A stretch of 63,331 nucleotides of DNA, the filler included, from Trichomonas gallinae (lineage: Eukaryota): the NCBI GenBank assembly GCA_008369845.1. It is 7 parts of 7 records of this genome, joined end to end, with 100 filler letters (N's around TTAATTAATTAA, not from the genome) between each part and the next. Parts side by side here need not be neighbours in the genome. Positions count along the whole stretch, not along the records: positions 18,885 to 24,940 come from MRSU01001214.1; positions 25,041 to 34,557 come from MRSU01001217.1; 5 more parts are not named here. One strand, written 5' to 3'. Shown here piece after piece: positions 20,676 to 30,502 of the stretch (positions within the stretch are counted from its first letter, which is position 1; every line of letters begins with the position of its first letter). The notes beneath the pieces were generated by a model. It ran no database searches. It saw nothing but the letters and a program-made list of their open reading frames with translations, and was not told where the DNA came from. The translations under genes were made by a program, and so were the position numbers.

Positions 20676-22517
20676 TCAATATAAGTCATCTTCATCAGAA
20701 GTATCAAGATCGAAAATGTGATCTTGTGCATCACCAGGAAGTGGGCCGCCGTAATCATTAGACATGATTTCAGACATTTGTGCGAACTGTCCTTTAACGA
20801 AATTACGCCAGCAAGTCACATCATTTAGATCATCTGGGGGAGATTCTTCGAATTTTTTCGCCCTCAAAGATGATGCCGGTGACATTGTGGCAATAGGAAG
20901 TGTAGGAATAGGTGGTGGCGGTCCAATGTCTTTAACTGTGAAAGTTGAATAAGATTTAACTTTTGGATTGTCAAATATTCCAGCAATTGGCTCATCAAAG
21001 GCTGGTGCTGGTGGAGCTGGAGTCAAGAAGCCATTAAATTCAAACCTTTGATTGCCCATCGACATTGGTGAAAGAGAAACAGGCCTGGATCTGGCTGGTG
21101 AATCTACTGGTGGCTCCACTACAGGATTATCATTATAATCTAATGTTAAATCTCCAGGATCCGAAATAATTAATTCTTCGTCAGAATCACCGAGAATTAG
21201 GTCATCTGGCATCATCGGTGCAGGCATCTCATCCTGTTGTGCAATAATAGAGTCCTTAGGAGAAGATCCTGGCATCCCATTATATACATCTGATCTTTCC
21301 GAGTCTTCATCAGTAGAATAGCACTCTGCATCTGATATCAACTCCTTAGCTACAGCGTGTAGATGCGCCCAGAAGTTTGCTAAAACGAAATGACGCTTGT
21401 TAAAGATATGCGCGATTCTAGATTTAACAGAACAGCGTTGATCGAACTCGTAGATGTCGATTCCTGAGTTTTTGCATGCCTCAAATGTAGACAAAAACGC
21501 ATTGTGTATCATAGACTGCAGCGGATTGCTAATTGTTAATTCAAACAGATAATCTAGTAAATGTGTGGCTGGTTCTAGCGAAGTCTTCAAAAATGGTATA
21601 AGTCTGGTAATTAATGTAACAGCTGAGCCCTTATCTATAGTAAATGGCTTGTTGGACATAACATAATTAACAAATTGAGCGAATCTGTTTTCGAAAAACT
21701 CCGAAATTTCATTTAAATCGTTAGAATCATCGTAATCCGATGAATCACTATCGATATCTGATGATTCTGCATATTCAACTTGAATTAACAGAGAGTAGAA
21801 TATTTTGAGACAACCACTTGCTAAACTTGTATCAGCAGTTTCGTAAATCAAGCCAAGTAATTGATCAAGAATTGTTTGATTGCAAAAAAAATCTATATTA
21901 TATGAAGGAATGGCTAGAATGCCAATTATATTGCTGAGCACGATTGCAATTCGGCTATTCCGCTGAATGAACATCTGCGCGTATAATATTTCGGAAATAT
22001 GAATCTGTTCGTATAAATTATTTAATGAAACATTATTTTGGATCGAAATCATTCGCAAAGATTCGTATATCGAGTTGTAGTGTATGGATTTGACTAAATT
22101 TTCGAATATTTGTGGATACATTGAAAAAACACTAATCGCAGATTGATTTTTTGACCGCAAAATAGACAAGAAAGTCTCGGCAATGCATATTATGGTTCGT
22201 TCCGGTGATTCTGGTACAACAAATTCTAAAATTCTTGTAATAAAATATTCGCTATTAGTTACATCAAGCGGAAAACGCTCTGCATAAGCTCGTAAAACGA
22301 CATCATAAAATGATTGCTCACGTGCTTCGAATGTTTTATTGACGTTTAGCGCACAATCAACAAGTGTATCAAAATGTTGCTTAAGAAATACATGTATAAC
22401 CTCTTGTTTGGAAGCAACAGATTTGACCGCGTTGGGCTCGTGAACGAATTTGCTCAAAGAAGTCTCATCATTCTTGACCATTTCTAGCATAGAATCGATG
22501 GACTTCGAATTGAGCAT
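20676..22517 (-). CDS. SAPS / SIT4-associated (PP6 regulatory subunit)-like protein
   Basis: NPLQSMIHNAFLS, NFWAHLHAVAKEL and the terminal WRNFV..MSNDYGGPLP resemble SAPS motifs. There is a long Pro/acidic insertion. Confidence 0.6.
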   Translation of the reverse strand: MLNSKSIDSMLEMVKNDETSLSKFVHEPNAVKSVASKQEVIHVFLKQHFDTLVDCALNVNKTFEAREQSFYDVVLRAYAERFPLDVTNSEYFITRILEFVVPESPERTIICIAETFLSILRSKNQSAISVFSMYPQIFENLVKSIHYNSIYESLRMISIQNNVSLNNLYEQIHISEILYAQMFIQRNSRIAIVLSNIIGILAIPSYNIDFFCNQTILDQLLGLIYETADTSLASGCLKIFYSLLIQVEYAESSDIDSDSSDYDDSNDLNEISEFFENRFAQFVNYVMSNKPFTIDKGSAVTLITRLIPFLKTSLEPATHLLDYLFELTISNPLQSMIHNAFLSTFEACKNSGIDIYEFDQRCSVKSRIAHIFNKRHFVLANFWAHLHAVAKELISDAECYSTDEDSERSDVYNGMPGSSPKDSIIAQQDEMPAPMMPDDLILGDSDEELIISDPGDLTLDYNDNPVVEPPVDSPARSRPVSLSPMSMGNQRFEFNGFLTPAPPAPAFDEPIAGIFDNPKVKSYSTFTVKDIGPPPPIPTLPIATMSPASSLRAKKFEESPPDDLNDVTCWRNFVKGQFAQMSEIMSNDYGGPLPGDAQDHIFDLDTSDEDDLY

Positions 22518-22571
22518 TTTTTTTTAGAGAAAAAAATTTTTTAAAAATTTTTCATATCAAATTTATTGTAA

Positions 22572-22953
22572 TAATCAATAGTGTACCTTATTTAAAGCCA
22601 TTTTTCAACTCTTTTTGCAAATTTTAATATTTGAGGTAAATTTTTAATTTATGTTATTTTTCCTGCATTACTATATGATATCTTTCAAATTTAATCAATT
22701 TTGAAAAATTTTTATAATTGGAAGTAAATTTGTAAAAATCTATTAAAAATCAATAGTTTATCTTATTTAAAGCCATTTTTCAACTCTTTTTGGAATTTTT
22801 TTATAATTTGAAGCAAATTTTTAATCTTTATTTGAAAATCAATAGTGTAACATAAAAGATACTATTTTTGGATTCATTTTGCAAAATTTTTATGATTTGA
22901 GGCAAGTTTTTAATAACTATTGATTTTTCCTGCATTATTATATCATATCTTTC
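22572..22953 (+). repeat. Degenerate tandem repeat (about 88-nt units)
   Basis: CTTATTTAAAGCCATTTTTCAACTCTTTTTG occurs twice, AATCAATAGT(G/T)TA three times, and TTTTTCCTGCATTA(C/T)TATAT(G/C)ATATCTTTC twice. Confidence 0.75.
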
Positions 22954-23438
22954 TCTTCTCCGTTCATGGTTTCGAAGACGATCGCTGACAAGCAAGTATT
23001 AATTCATTTCAAACATTTTTTTACTGAAATAAACGATCTGCTTGATCGTCTGAAGCTTCCTGTTAACATCTAAACATAATAGTGATACTCTCATCAATCT
23101 ATTGTGCGCATCGTGGAATGAAGTCTTTGCCTTATTATTAAATGCTTCTAATTTTTTAAAATATAGAATATGAATGTTAAACGCTATTAGATTATACAAT
23201 AAAAAATAACTTTGACTGAAATAGAATTACAAAAATAAAAAATGATGATTTATGTTTATTGATTATAAATATGATAAAACAAATTATATTGAGGGGTTGG
23301 CAGTTTTATTATTAAGGGTTAATCCAATAATGTCCAAAACCCAAATATTCTTGATAATATGACAAACCTATATACGAATTTGTTATATTTTACAAAAAAC
23401 TGAAACAAAATTTTCGTTCATTCAATTGTTTTATCAAA

Positions 23439-24503
23439 ATGTTTTCGTTTTTCTTTTACATATATCTTATCAGAGGAGATACATATAAAACGGGAACCTA
23501 CAGCAAAACGATAAGCAGTGGCGCGTTCTTCGTTATTGATATTGATCCAGCAACATTTTTAATGATTCATAATCCAAAAACTTTTACTGGTCAAGTGAAA
23601 TTTTTAGACAAAAACATTTTTGGATCAACCAATTTCGTCGCAGTCAACTTTACAACGTATAATGGCTCAATTACAATATCAAATCCAAACCAATACGAAG
23701 CAACTTGCTATTTTACGATAGTTAACTATAGCACAAACTTCAACCAATGCTCAAATGTAAGTACATATGTAAACTCACCAATTATTTATACAATTAAATC
23801 AAATGATGATGGATCATCCGATATAAATCAAACTATGGCCAACAACCAAAGAATATGCATATTTTCATTGTCAATGAATGACTCTAAATATACTTTAACT
23901 ACTGATGGCCTTGATATAGATGATACATTAAGATTTATTAACAATAATACAGAAACTCCGACTGTTTTGAATTCAACAGATGAGGTTCAGTTCACTTCCA
24001 CGGTTCTTTTGGCTGACTGGAGAACAGATAATCAACTTTTGCAAGGATCAATGCAAATTAAATCAGAATTAACAGTGCCAGTTTCGTCAGACTCATTCTT
24101 TACAGGAAACCTTAAAAATTCATCAGTTTGGTGGGTAGAAAAAGTCCCTGATGATAAATATTATTTTGATGAAAGATCAGTAGGCGCAGCTGCTATCGCT
24201 GGCATAGCTATTGGTGGATTTATTTTAGTAATCCTCATGATTTTGGGATTAATTTGCTGTGCAGTGAAGGCAAAGAAAAGAGTATCTGGTGAGGAGACTG
24301 AAAATCAGCTAACTAACCTGAAAAGTACATCAACTGTGTATTTCTTCCCTATACAGAACGATGGAAATGATTCTAGCGATAATTCCGTTGATAATAATAA
24401 CGATAAAAAAGAAGAAGCACAGACTAGTACAGATGATATTCATAAGGCACCGACACAGTTGGATTCAAATGATAATAACCAAACTACGCCACTTGTTGAC
24501 TAA
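23439..24503 (+). CDS. Type I membrane glycoprotein of unknown function
   Basis: Short hydrophobic N-terminus, N-x-S/T-rich beta ectodomain, TM helix (AIAGIAIGGFILVILMILGLICC) and acidic tail. TCATT Inr upstream. Confidence 0.8.
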   Translation: MFSFFFYIYLIRGDTYKTGTYSKTISSGAFFVIDIDPATFLMIHNPKTFTGQVKFLDKNIFGSTNFVAVNFTTYNGSITISNPNQYEATCYFTIVNYSTNFNQCSNVSTYVNSPIIYTIKSNDDGSSDINQTMANNQRICIFSLSMNDSKYTLTTDGLDIDDTLRFINNNTETPTVLNSTDEVQFTSTVLLADWRTDNQLLQGSMQIKSELTVPVSSDSFFTGNLKNSSVWWVEKVPDDKYYFDERSVGAAAIAGIAIGGFILVILMILGLICCAVKAKKRVSGEETENQLTNLKSTSTVYFFPIQNDGNDSSDNSVDNNNDKKEEAQTSTDDIHKAPTQLDSNDNNQTTPLVD

Positions 24504-24940
24504 TTGGTTCTAATTCTGTTTGTTGTGATATAGAATATATATTAATAAAATAATGTTTGTCATATTTGTCTTTATTCATAGCAATAATGTTCTTAGATTG
24601 CTTAAAAAAAAATTAATAAATTGATTGATTATTTTACTAATAATTACATATATCTTATTTAAATCATCTGAAACCGCATAATAATAAATAATGATGAAGT
24701 ATTAGAATAATTCTCAAAAAATGAAAATATCTTGGAAAGCTATATCAAGAATATTGAAGAATGCGTTAGATGAGGATAATTTCATATGAATGCATTGATT
24801 TATTTGTGTAATACTAGTTAAAGATTTTGTATTGATTTTAAGCGTCCACTACGCGACCATATAGCGGTCTCAATTTTTCAATGCGGTATTGAAAATTATC
24901 GTTTTGCCCAGAAAAATAAACTCACTTTTTGAAGAGATCT

Positions 24941-25040
24941 NNNNNNNNNNNNNNNNNNNNNNNNNNNNNNNNNNNNNNNNNNNNTTAATTAATTAANNNN
25001 NNNNNNNNNNNNNNNNNNNNNNNNNNNNNNNNNNNNNNNN
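24941..25040. other. Artificial contig linker
   Basis: N44-TTAATTAATTAA-N44. Confidence 0.99.
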
Positions 25041-25078
<38 letters not shown>

Positions 25079-25214
25079 TTACTCAGCATTGCTCCTCGAA
25101 GACGATCCAATGAAGGATGACAGTTTTGATCAAGAATTTTATGATTTTGTATGTAGTTATGGTGTTGAGGTTATAAAAATTCATCAAAATAAAGGATTTT
25201 ATAAAAAAGAATAA
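25041..25214 (+). CDS. Possible 3' end of a gene convergent with ELP3
   Basis: After an A33 run the frame reads LIYSALLLEDDPMKDDSFDQEFYDFVCSYGVEVIKIHQNKGFYKKE*. Confidence 0.4.
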
Positions 25215-25249
25215 TAAACTTAAAATTCAATAATTTCTATTTTTCACAA

Positions 25250-26863
25250 TTACTCGAAGTCCTTGATCATGTATGCTCCCTCCAAGCGATATCCGAGCTT
25301 CTTATAATAGTCACGGACACCGATACCGGAGATAACAGCGAGTCTCTTGGAGCCGTGCTCCTCGACGGTGATTCTCTCTGCCTCAGCCATGAGCTGCGCA
25401 CCGTAACCCTTGTGCTGGTACCTAGAGAGATCCTTCTGGTCGATAGGAACGACCTGACCATAAACGTGGAGCTCTCTGACGACAGATGCTCCCTGGAGCT
25501 CATCCCTGAATGTCTCTCCAGGTGCACGCAGTCTCACGAGGCCGATGAGGATGTCGTTGTCTGTGTCTTCGTAGGAGAGGACTGTCTCCCAGCCGTCGTC
25601 AGCCATGAAGTCTCTTCTGACGAGCTCAACTTTGTCTGGCTTGATCTTATCTCGGATCTCTGTGATACCAACTTCGCGGGCTCTGACATCCCTGCATTTT
25701 CCGCCACGAGTGAGGAGCCTCTTCATGGCCATGTCTCTGAGGTTGCCGTTGTCGACACCAGCGGAAACGAGGGTCATCGGCACATCGCGCTGGACTCTAA
25801 AGACTCTGACCCATGGAGGGACGAGTCTGAGGATCTCTGCGATGAGTGTGACGAGCTCATCTGGGTCGAGTGGAACGTATGTCTTATCTACCCACTGGTC
25901 GTAGAGCATCGTGCCACGCATAACGAGCGTTGGGTAGAGCTTGAGGCCATCAGGACGCCACAGTGGGTTCTCGAAGAGCTCAATGAAGCAGTCGAGGTCG
26001 CGCTCGAAGTCTGTGTATGGAAGATTTGGCATCATGTGCGCTGTAACTTTAAGACCGGAGCGGCGGCAGTCGCGGAATGAACGAGCGACATCATCACCAC
26101 CATGGCCACGGCCTGTCTTCCAGAGAACGTCCTCCCAAACAGATTGAAGACCGATTTCTACACGTGTTGTGCCGTATGTAAGCATATCGTCAATGTGTGA
26201 TGCGAAACAGAAGTCAGGACGTGTCTCAATTGTCAATGCGACGGCGCGCGCTGTTGAGCATTCAGCATATGCAGTTGCCTCCTTAACAGAATGAGCAACA
26301 TGACCGGTAACACCGGCGTACATTCCGATGATGAACTTGTTGCGATATTCCTCCTCGAGAGAAAGGAAAGTTCCTCCCATCAAGATAAGCTCAAGCTTAA
26401 CAGACGAGTGTCCAATCATATTGAGTTGAGAGATTCTGCCGCGAATTTGAGAAAATGGGTCGTATCTTGAGCGAATGGCTCTCATTGAAGTTGGCTCGTA
26501 ACCAGTATAAGATTGCGATGAATAATCGAAATCAGAGTCGGGGCCACCTGGGCAGTATGAGCATGGGTAGCCATTTGTTTCAACGTGAGGGCATCTGTGA
26601 GGTTTGCACATGAAAGCGATGACAGCGACGCCAGAAGCTGTACGAACTGGCTTTTTCCTGATCATTGGGAGAATACGCTCGCGGTACTCCAATGGGATGG
26701 CCTTAATAATTTCGGAAGAGCCAAGTCCTCTGCTTAAATGGTATTTGCGTGCAATTCTGAATTTCTCGCGCTGAATGTCCGGTTGCATGCCCTTCTCGAA
26801 CATGCTGATTAAGTATTGGGCAAGCTCAGCGGACGCCTTAAGTATGTTTGGATCTTCACTCAT
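25250..26863 (-). CDS. ELP3: Elongator complex protein 3 (radical SAM plus GNAT)
   Basis: KPVRTASGVAV, CKPHRCPH..CSYCPGGPDSDF, ETRPD, PDGLKLYPTLV, RVQRDVP, RELHVYG, QHKGYG, VISGIGVRDYY. Confidence 0.98.
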   Translation of the reverse strand: MSEDPNILKASAELAQYLISMFEKGMQPDIQREKFRIARKYHLSRGLGSSEIIKAIPLEYRERILPMIRKKPVRTASGVAVIAFMCKPHRCPHVETNGYPCSYCPGGPDSDFDYSSQSYTGYEPTSMRAIRSRYDPFSQIRGRISQLNMIGHSSVKLELILMGGTFLSLEEEYRNKFIIGMYAGVTGHVAHSVKEATAYAECSTARAVALTIETRPDFCFASHIDDMLTYGTTRVEIGLQSVWEDVLWKTGRGHGGDDVARSFRDCRRSGLKVTAHMMPNLPYTDFERDLDCFIELFENPLWRPDGLKLYPTLVMRGTMLYDQWVDKTYVPLDPDELVTLIAEILRLVPPWVRVFRVQRDVPMTLVSAGVDNGNLRDMAMKRLLTRGGKCRDVRAREVGITEIRDKIKPDKVELVRRDFMADDGWETVLSYEDTDNDILIGLVRLRAPGETFRDELQGASVVRELHVYGQVVPIDQKDLSRYQHKGYGAQLMAEAERITVEEHGSKRLAVISGIGVRDYYKKLGYRLEGAYMIKDFE

Positions 26864-27357
26864 TCAAATTTTTGGGCAAAAATCACAAAAAAGTGACAAC
26901 TCAAAAAAGTGCGGAATTTCCTCTCAAAATGGGGAAGCAAAGGCCAACTATAATTTATAGCTTGAGACTCGAGTTTTCTTTGTATTTGATCTAGTGGGCT
27001 ATAAATCAGTGCGCGCAGAGAAGAAAAAGATTATCACTAAATGATCTTGTTAATTTTTAAAAGTTTGGATATTAAATTCTTTTAATCAGCCTACAGCATG
27101 CTATCACGCAGAAAGATGAGATTTTTCGCATATTGTTCATAATGAAGGGGTTAACACCAATATTATTTGGGGGTCCTGAATCAGCAAGACATTTTTTTCG
27201 AGAAATCTTATCCAAAATAGAATTTATCTAAACATGAATTCTCATATACAATTTTATACCTCTTATTAACACATATACATTGTTTGGCTATATATTTCGC
27301 ATAGAAAATATATAATTTCGAGATACTTTACTCAATATTCAGTCAAATATGAAAATT

Positions 27358-27599
27358 TGACATGTAAATATGTATTATACGAATATTTGTCATGTATATC
27401 TTAATTTTGACATGTAAAAATCAAAGCTGCCAAGTAAAATCTATTTTACCTATACATGTTATGGGATGCTCCCATTATCTAAATCTGGCTAGAAACCATA
27501 TGTCCTACATATTTAGGGTGTGCTTGACGATTACGAAAGTTCGAATTTTGACGTGTAAATATTTTAATTGCCACGTAAAACTAATATTTGACATGTAAA
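27358..27599 (+). repeat. Cluster of TGACATGTAAA-type motifs
   Basis: Exact copies at 27358, 27408 and 27589. Variants are TGTCATGTA, TGCCAAGTAAA, TGACGTGTAAA and TGCCACGTAAA. Confidence 0.65.
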
Positions 27600-27612
27600 T
27601 ACAATAATATCT

Positions 27613-29019
27613 TTATTCAACAAAATTAAATGGAGTTCTTTCTTCAGCTTCCAAAAACATAACAGTGAAAGCTGAAACGTATTGTCTAATATCAGAATCA
27701 AGATGATTTTCGAGGGCTTCAATTTTATCGTGACCGTTGAGTTCTATGAACCTTTCACGAATGCTTTGTGCATCATTGATAGTGAATGCAGCTGAATATT
27801 GGCTGATTGCGCATAATGAATTAATTATAACTTCTTTATCATCAAAATCGAGAGATTCGACAAGAAATTCGAAGAATTCAGACGATTTTAGTAAATATAT
27901 CTTTTCTGATGTCAATGAACGAATTAGAGAACCAATGAAAATAATAATTTCTTTTTTGAGCTTCAAATTAGTCTTTGGATCTTGATATCTAGCCTGGATC
28001 TTATCAACACAAGGCCTTGATGCTGCCTCGTTTTGAATGTCCGTTGAATTTAATATTGCGTTGCATAAAGTTTGATAAACTAAAATGGAGATAGATTCAT
28101 TTTCGATATCCAAGAATCTTTCAATTTGGAAAGAAAACTTCACAGTTGCGTTCAAAACCATTGCGTATAATAGCTTGATTCCAAGAAGATCAGAAGATTC
28201 ACAAATTCTATTGATTAGATCATTCAAAAAGATCTCATCAGATATCATTATGTTTGCTGAGTGCTCTTTTGCAGCTAAATCGATCATAGCTTCGAATATT
28301 TGTTTTTTGAATTCATTTTGATTCAATTTAAAGATGTTGAAGATTTTATTGATGTCAGCATCCTGCATATCCAGTGAAAGTATTATTGCATGCAGTAATC
28401 TTATGATTTGCTTACGACATTGTCTATCTTCTATTTTCAGGAAATAAATTTCAATGCTTTCTAATGAAAACGATTGTAAAACTTTATCAGCATTATCATG
28501 AGCTGCAATTGATGTCAAACAACGCAAAATTGGAAAATTCAAAATATTTGGTTTCAATGAAAGCGACTGATATAGTGTTGATATGATTCCATAGTCGATA
28601 AATTGATCCATGATAAATGTAGTTTCTGATTGGAATGCATTTACTAAAAACACAAAGATTGCCTCTCTTAAATTGAGTGGATATTCGAAGTTCAGGTATT
28701 CTATCATCGATGTATATTGAAAGTTATCTGTTTTGAATCTATCAATATCGTTATCATAAGCGTATAATGCAAGATCTGTAAATAAACTTGTTAAATCATT
28801 TAAATACGTCCTTGATTTCGAATGAATTTTGCATATTGTTATTGATTCCAAGATCTTTTTGAGCTCAGAAGGAGGTTCGAAATTTTGAAATGAAGCTGCC
28901 TGGTTTTTATTCAATGAAAGTATAGGTTTTTGCATAGGATAGTGAAACTTTTGTGCCAGTATATGTTTTATCTCTTCCTGAGTAAGTTCTTCGATACGCG
29001 AAGGCGGAAGGTTATTCAT
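27613..29019 (-). CDS. ARM-repeat protein, importin-alpha-like C-terminus
   Basis: ILRCLTSIA. FIELNGHDKIEALENHLDSDIRQY resembles importin-alpha GLDKIEALQNHEN. Ends in PFNF. Confidence 0.7.
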   Translation of the reverse strand: MNNLPPSRIEELTQEEIKHILAQKFHYPMQKPILSLNKNQAASFQNFEPPSELKKILESITICKIHSKSRTYLNDLTSLFTDLALYAYDNDIDRFKTDNFQYTSMIEYLNFEYPLNLREAIFVFLVNAFQSETTFIMDQFIDYGIISTLYQSLSLKPNILNFPILRCLTSIAAHDNADKVLQSFSLESIEIYFLKIEDRQCRKQIIRLLHAIILSLDMQDADINKIFNIFKLNQNEFKKQIFEAMIDLAAKEHSANIMISDEIFLNDLINRICESSDLLGIKLLYAMVLNATVKFSFQIERFLDIENESISILVYQTLCNAILNSTDIQNEAASRPCVDKIQARYQDPKTNLKLKKEIIIFIGSLIRSLTSEKIYLLKSSEFFEFLVESLDFDDKEVIINSLCAISQYSAAFTINDAQSIRERFIELNGHDKIEALENHLDSDIRQYVSAFTVMFLEAEERTPFNFVE

Positions 29020-29041
29020 TTGTCACTTTTATATCTAATAA

Positions 29042-29273
29042 AGGGTATAACACTTTTTAATCCCCTAATTTAATTTGCTTAATCAGGGGCTAACACATTT
29101 ATTATCCCCTATTTTAGAAAATTAAAATAAAAAAATTAATCAGGGTCTAACACTTTTATATCCCCTAATTTAGTGAAATTAAATAAAATATTCAGGGTCT
29201 AACACTTTTATATGCTCTAAATTAAAATATTATATAAATTAGTTAGGGTCTAACACTTATTTATCCCCTAATT
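29042..29273 (+). repeat. Five-copy minisatellite, core AGGG(T/G)CTAACACTTTTATATCCCCTAATT
   Basis: Cores start at 29042, 29085, 29142, 29194 and 29245, with AT-rich spacers of 14-27 nt. Confidence 0.9.
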
Positions 29274-29392
29274 AAGAAAAATGAAATGATATAATTTTAT
29301 TCGAAAGTCCGCATTTTATATTTGAACAATATTGGCAAATATCAGTCAAATAATGAGAAATAAAAGAATTCAACAAAAAGCTGACACATCAC

Positions 29393-29932
29393 ATGAGCTA
29401 CCCAACTGAACCTAATCCAAACTCTAAGATCTCTGCTTTCGGCGAAGTAAAATGCCAGAACATCAGCGGTCTCCCGATTCTTAATGTCAGAGACACAACA
29501 AGGAATGGCAAAGATCCAGCTTTTGATATTGTCGACGAGGCTCTCTATCACTTCCGTACAAACATTTTCATGCGTGACTTCCCAGCAAAGACAGGCGCTG
29601 ATCGTCTCATTATCTACCTTACTTTCTACGGAATGAAATGCTTGAAGTTCTTCAACAAAAACAAGAAAGACAGGCAAAAATGCCAGCTCGAAATCGACGG
29701 CTGGAACTTAAAGCCATTCCCAATTCCAGGTGAAGGCGGCTTCATTATTGATTCTTATGTTACACAACCAAAGAGCGAAGGCGAAAAGAGAGAACTCCGC
29801 GATTACTTCAAGAAGCTTCGTGTCGAGATGGGCAACAGACTCCTCCAAATCGTTTTTGCCCAGGGTGAAGCTGATAAGTGGTGGATTTGCTTTGCCAACA
29901 AGAAGTTCCTCGACAAGGAAATGGCAAACTAA
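29393..29932 (+). CDS. ARPC3: Arp2/3 complex subunit 3 (p21-Arc)
   Basis: DIVDEALYHFRTNIFMRDF, ADRLIIYLT, FPIPGEGGF, KWWICFANKKFL. Confidence 0.97.
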   Translation: MSYPTEPNPNSKISAFGEVKCQNISGLPILNVRDTTRNGKDPAFDIVDEALYHFRTNIFMRDFPAKTGADRLIIYLTFYGMKCLKFFNKNKKDRQKCQLEIDGWNLKPFPIPGEGGFIIDSYVTQPKSEGEKRELRDYFKKLRVEMGNRLLQIVFAQGEADKWWICFANKKFLDKEMAN

Positions 29933-30502
29933 TTTAATTTCACTACTATACATCGATTCTCTAAAATACCATACTCTTTTTTTACGGATATAACTGTTTT
30001 TCTCTACTGCATTATCTTATATTATGCTAAGACAACTCTTCTATAGATATTACGAGACATTGTAAAGAAATTTTATATCAAATTATCAAATCAACGAATC
30101 ACATTATAATAACCAACCTATAAGGTGTCATATCCATTGTATATATAATAAAACCATCCGGGGACAAGAATGACTAGAAATATATTATTTTGCTCAATTC
30201 ATTTGTCCATCTAGGATTTTTTCATGTCTGCTTTGATAGGAGTGGACTTCTAAATATCTATCAAATAAAGATCGAAATGAAAAACGTTTTCATTTTGATG
30301 AAGATTTTCAAACTTGTCTATATTGCATTATTTTTGTTCTATATCTCATTTGTTCTAGAATATAATGCGAACGTCATGATGGCTGAAAGCAAAAGCATAA
30401 AAATAAAATCAATTTTCTTCATTTGATAAAATAATTGAGAAAACGGACAATGCATTAAAATATATTATTTACATACAAAAATACAGCATTAGCTTGCTAT
30501 AA

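Noticed and set aside
25041..25073. A33 tract as a retroposon tail
   Set aside because: It is at a contig edge with no element body or TSD visible, and long A runs are common in this window.
25355..26080. 241-aa antisense ORF over ELP3
   Set aside because: Expected shadow of the C/G-ending codon bias in that half of ELP3; no recognisable protein.
18891..26863. Functional cluster of tRNA-Ile(UAU) and the U34-modifying ELP3
   Set aside because: They are on different contigs separated by a linker.
29042..29273. CRISPR-like repeat-spacer appearance
   Set aside because: Eukaryotic context with no cas genes. The repeats are degenerate and the spacers are uneven in length, AT-only and similar to each other.
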